This document shows, piece by piece, positions 61,698 through 64,000 of a stretch of 64,000 bases of DNA. The stretch's first letter is position 1. Each line of letters starts with the position of its first letter. Below the pieces are notes generated by a model. It was not told where the DNA came from. It ran no database searches and worked only from the letters and a program-made list of their open reading frames with translations. Source of the DNA: an uncultured Arcobacter sp. (lineage in GTDB: Bacteria; Campylobacterota; Campylobacteria; Campylobacterales; Arcobacteraceae); the NCBI GenBank assembly GCA_965140705.1, contig OZ223300.1:1088001-1152000 (forward strand). Reading direction: 5' to 3'. The translations under genes were made by a program, and so were the position numbers.

Positions 61698-63647
61698 ATG
61701 GATAAGAAAAGAAAGAGTGATTACGAGTTAGATAAATTAATTGATATTGACTCTTTTAAACAGATTTTGGATAATTTTTTTAAAGCAACAGAAATATCCA
61801 ATGGACTTGTGGATAATAATGGAAAGTTAATTACTCAATCTGGTTGGAGTGATGCTTGCAATAATTTTCATAGAAAACATATTGATTCAAATAAGTTTTG
61901 CGTAGAAAGTAATATATCGTTAATAGAAAGTTTATCAAAAAACTCTATTTCAAAGAATGAATGCAAAAATGGTTTGATAGATTATGTGGCACCAGTTATT
62001 ATAGATAATGAAATTATTGCATCACTGTTTTTAGGTCAAGTTTTTAATAAAGCCCCAGATTTAAACTATTTTATTTCTCAAGCAGAAAAATATAATTATG
62101 ATAAAACTAGTTATATTGATGCCATAAAAAGAATACCAATAGTAACAGATGAAAAAATGAGTTCTTTAATGCTTTGTATTGTTCAAATAATTGATGTTTT
62201 AGTATTTGGAAGTTTGTCAAAACAAAGGGAAGATAAATTAGAACAAAATTTAAAAAGAACCAATGAACGAAGTGTTGAGTTACAAGATATTTTAGATTTT
62301 TCTCCTTTAGGAATTGGATGGACAAATAAAAATGGTGAAATTGAGTATGTAAATCACAAGTTTACAGAGCTTTTTGGATATACCATTGAAGATGTACCAA
62401 CAATAGACGTGTGGTTTAAAAAAGCTTTTCCAAATGAACAATATAGGGAAAATCTTATTTTTCCTTGGAATAATAAAGTTATAAATTCTTTTAAAGAAAA
62501 ACAACAACCACCAGAATTAGAAGCAACGGTTACATGTAAAGATGGTACTAGTCGTAGAACATTGATTAAATTATCATGGGTTGGAGAAAAAAGGTTAAGC
62601 AATTTTAGTGATATAACAAATCATTGGAAAAATGAATTAAGAAATCGTAGTCATGATAATATGTTAGAAATGGTAGCAAAGGGCGTTGATTTAGAATATA
62701 TTCTCCATGATATTATTAAAACAATTGAATTAGAAGATGATACCTCTCTTTGTAGTATTTTGCTTTTAGATGATGATGGGAAACATTTATCAATTGGAGC
62801 TTCTCCTTCTCTTCCTAGTTTTTATAATAAAGCGATTGATGGAGTTGAAATAGGAGTTGGTGTAGGTTCTTGTGGAACTGCTGCATTTCTTAAAAAACGT
62901 ATAATCGTTGAAGATATAATGGAACATGAATATTGGAAAGATTATGTAGAATTAGCAGTAAAAGCTAATATAAAATCTTGTTGGTCAGAACCAATTATAT
63001 CATCTGATGGTGAAGTTTTAGGAACATTTGCTATTTATCATAATCAACCACGTTCACCTAAAAAAGAAGATTTTTCTCGTATAAGTTTTGCGGCAAACTT
63101 AGCTTCAATTGCAATTGAGAATAGAAAAGTTAGAAAAGAGTTGGAGTTTAGAGCCTATTTTGATTTTTTAACAGGTTTACCAAATAGAAGATATTTTATA
63201 GAGCAATCAGAATTGGAAATATCTAGAAAACTTAGATATGGTGGTAGTTTATCTCTAATAATGTTTGATATTGATCATTTTAAAATATTAAATGATAAGT
63301 TTGGTCATAAAATGGGAGATTTAGTTCTTCAAAAGATTGCAGAAATTACGCGTAGTGTTTTGAGAGATATCGATATAATAGGACGTATTGGAGGAGAAGA
63401 ATTTGCAATTTTATTACCTCAAACTGATATTAGTGAAGCTAAAAATATAGCTGAACGTTTGCGTATTGAAATTTCAAAGGGAATTGTAAAAACAGATAAA
63501 GTAGAAATTACTAATTTTACTGCTTCTTTTGGAGTTGTTTTAGATACAAAAAATAAAAGTATAGATGAACTATTGGTTTCTGCAGATAATGCTTTATATC
63601 AAGCAAAAAATAGTGGACGGAATAGAGTTTGTATTTTTAGTAAATAA
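61698..63647 (+). CDS. Sensor diguanylate cyclase (PocR-PAS-GAF-GGDEF)
   Basis: C..FHR...C, CKNGL, LGQ (PocR); YVN..F..LFGY (PAS); GSCG, SCWSEPI (GAF); RIGGEEF; ATG after GGAGG. Confidence 0.9.
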   Translation: MDKKRKSDYELDKLIDIDSFKQILDNFFKATEISNGLVDNNGKLITQSGWSDACNNFHRKHIDSNKFCVESNISLIESLSKNSISKNECKNGLIDYVAPVIIDNEIIASLFLGQVFNKAPDLNYFISQAEKYNYDKTSYIDAIKRIPIVTDEKMSSLMLCIVQIIDVLVFGSLSKQREDKLEQNLKRTNERSVELQDILDFSPLGIGWTNKNGEIEYVNHKFTELFGYTIEDVPTIDVWFKKAFPNEQYRENLIFPWNNKVINSFKEKQQPPELEATVTCKDGTSRRTLIKLSWVGEKRLSNFSDITNHWKNELRNRSHDNMLEMVAKGVDLEYILHDIIKTIELEDDTSLCSILLLDDDGKHLSIGASPSLPSFYNKAIDGVEIGVGVGSCGTAAFLKKRIIVEDIMEHEYWKDYVELAVKANIKSCWSEPIISSDGEVLGTFAIYHNQPRSPKKEDFSRISFAANLASIAIENRKVRKELEFRAYFDFLTGLPNRRYFIEQSELEISRKLRYGGSLSLIMFDIDHFKILNDKFGHKMGDLVLQKIAEITRSVLRDIDIIGRIGGEEFAILLPQTDISEAKNIAERLRIEISKGIVKTDKVEITNFTASFGVVLDTKNKSIDELLVSADNALYQAKNSGRNRVCIFSK

Positions 63648-63722
63648 GTCTAAACTAATAGTCTATATTGACTTTATATATTATTTAGCTAAAATAATTA
63701 TATAAAAATATTAGGAAATAAT

Positions 63723-64000
63723 ATGAAAAGTTTGCATTTAATTGTATTTGTATTATTTATTCTATTGTTTACTGCTTGTGATAATAAGAAAAAAAATTCT
63801 AATGAAATATCAAAATATAAAAATCAAACTATTGTAATTATTGCACCTAATTTTGATAAGGCAATTACTGGTCCTATAAGAAAAGAGATTAAAGAATTTG
63901 AAGATAGAACTGGTGCAAAAGTGAGAGTTGTATCTCCTAGTTGGGATGATATGATTCAAAAAATAAAAGAGTCTTTTAGTGATAAAAAAATAAATTATGA
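63723..64000 (+). CDS. Lipoprotein, probable extracellular solute-binding protein (partial, runs off window)
   Basis: MKSLHLIVFVLFILLFTAC lipobox; KEFEDRTGAKVRVV. Confidence 0.7.
   Translation, partial: MKSLHLIVFVLFILLFTACDNKKKNSNEISKYKNQTIVIIAPNFDKAITGPIRKEIKEFEDRTGAKVRVVSPSWDDMIQKIKESFSDKKINY

Noticed and set aside
62612..62628. 17-bp exact match (TATAACAAATCATTGGA) to the start of attC2
   Set aside because: Lies in frame inside the cyclase at the PAS C-terminal DIT motif, with no complementary arm or R' site; treated as chance

Overview
AT-rich chromosomal window from a Campylobacterota bacterium, most likely Arcobacteraceae (inferred from gene content and protein sequences). The core content is the S10-spc ribosomal protein cluster (rpsJ to secY-map-infA, 11.3-21.9 kb), aspS, two divergent adenylate kinases, alr, uvrC, xth and many transport, redox and signalling genes. 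Four accessory features stand out. (1) A dispersed family of ~215-nt structured elements: a back-to-back inverted pair at 41320-41814 whose stems differ in sequence but keep their pairing, plus a third partial copy at 1-130. (2) An adjacent two-cassette attC array with no integrase in the window (42086-43188). (3) A small HTH gene at 23.2-23.4 kb, with a perfect 18-bp inverted repeat upstream and a 30-bp hairpin downstream whose five mismatches are all G-U on the minus strand. (4) A decayed Mu-like prophage remnant (8080-11079) with a Dam fragment, an S24 repressor, two HEPN-like cargo genes and a candidate transposon end just upstream of the S10 promoter. Several paralogues appear to have lost catalytic or ligand residues (peroxiredoxin-like, UDG, ZnuA-like). 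No rRNA, tRNA or CRISPR array was seen. All calls come from reading motifs by eye; no searches were run.
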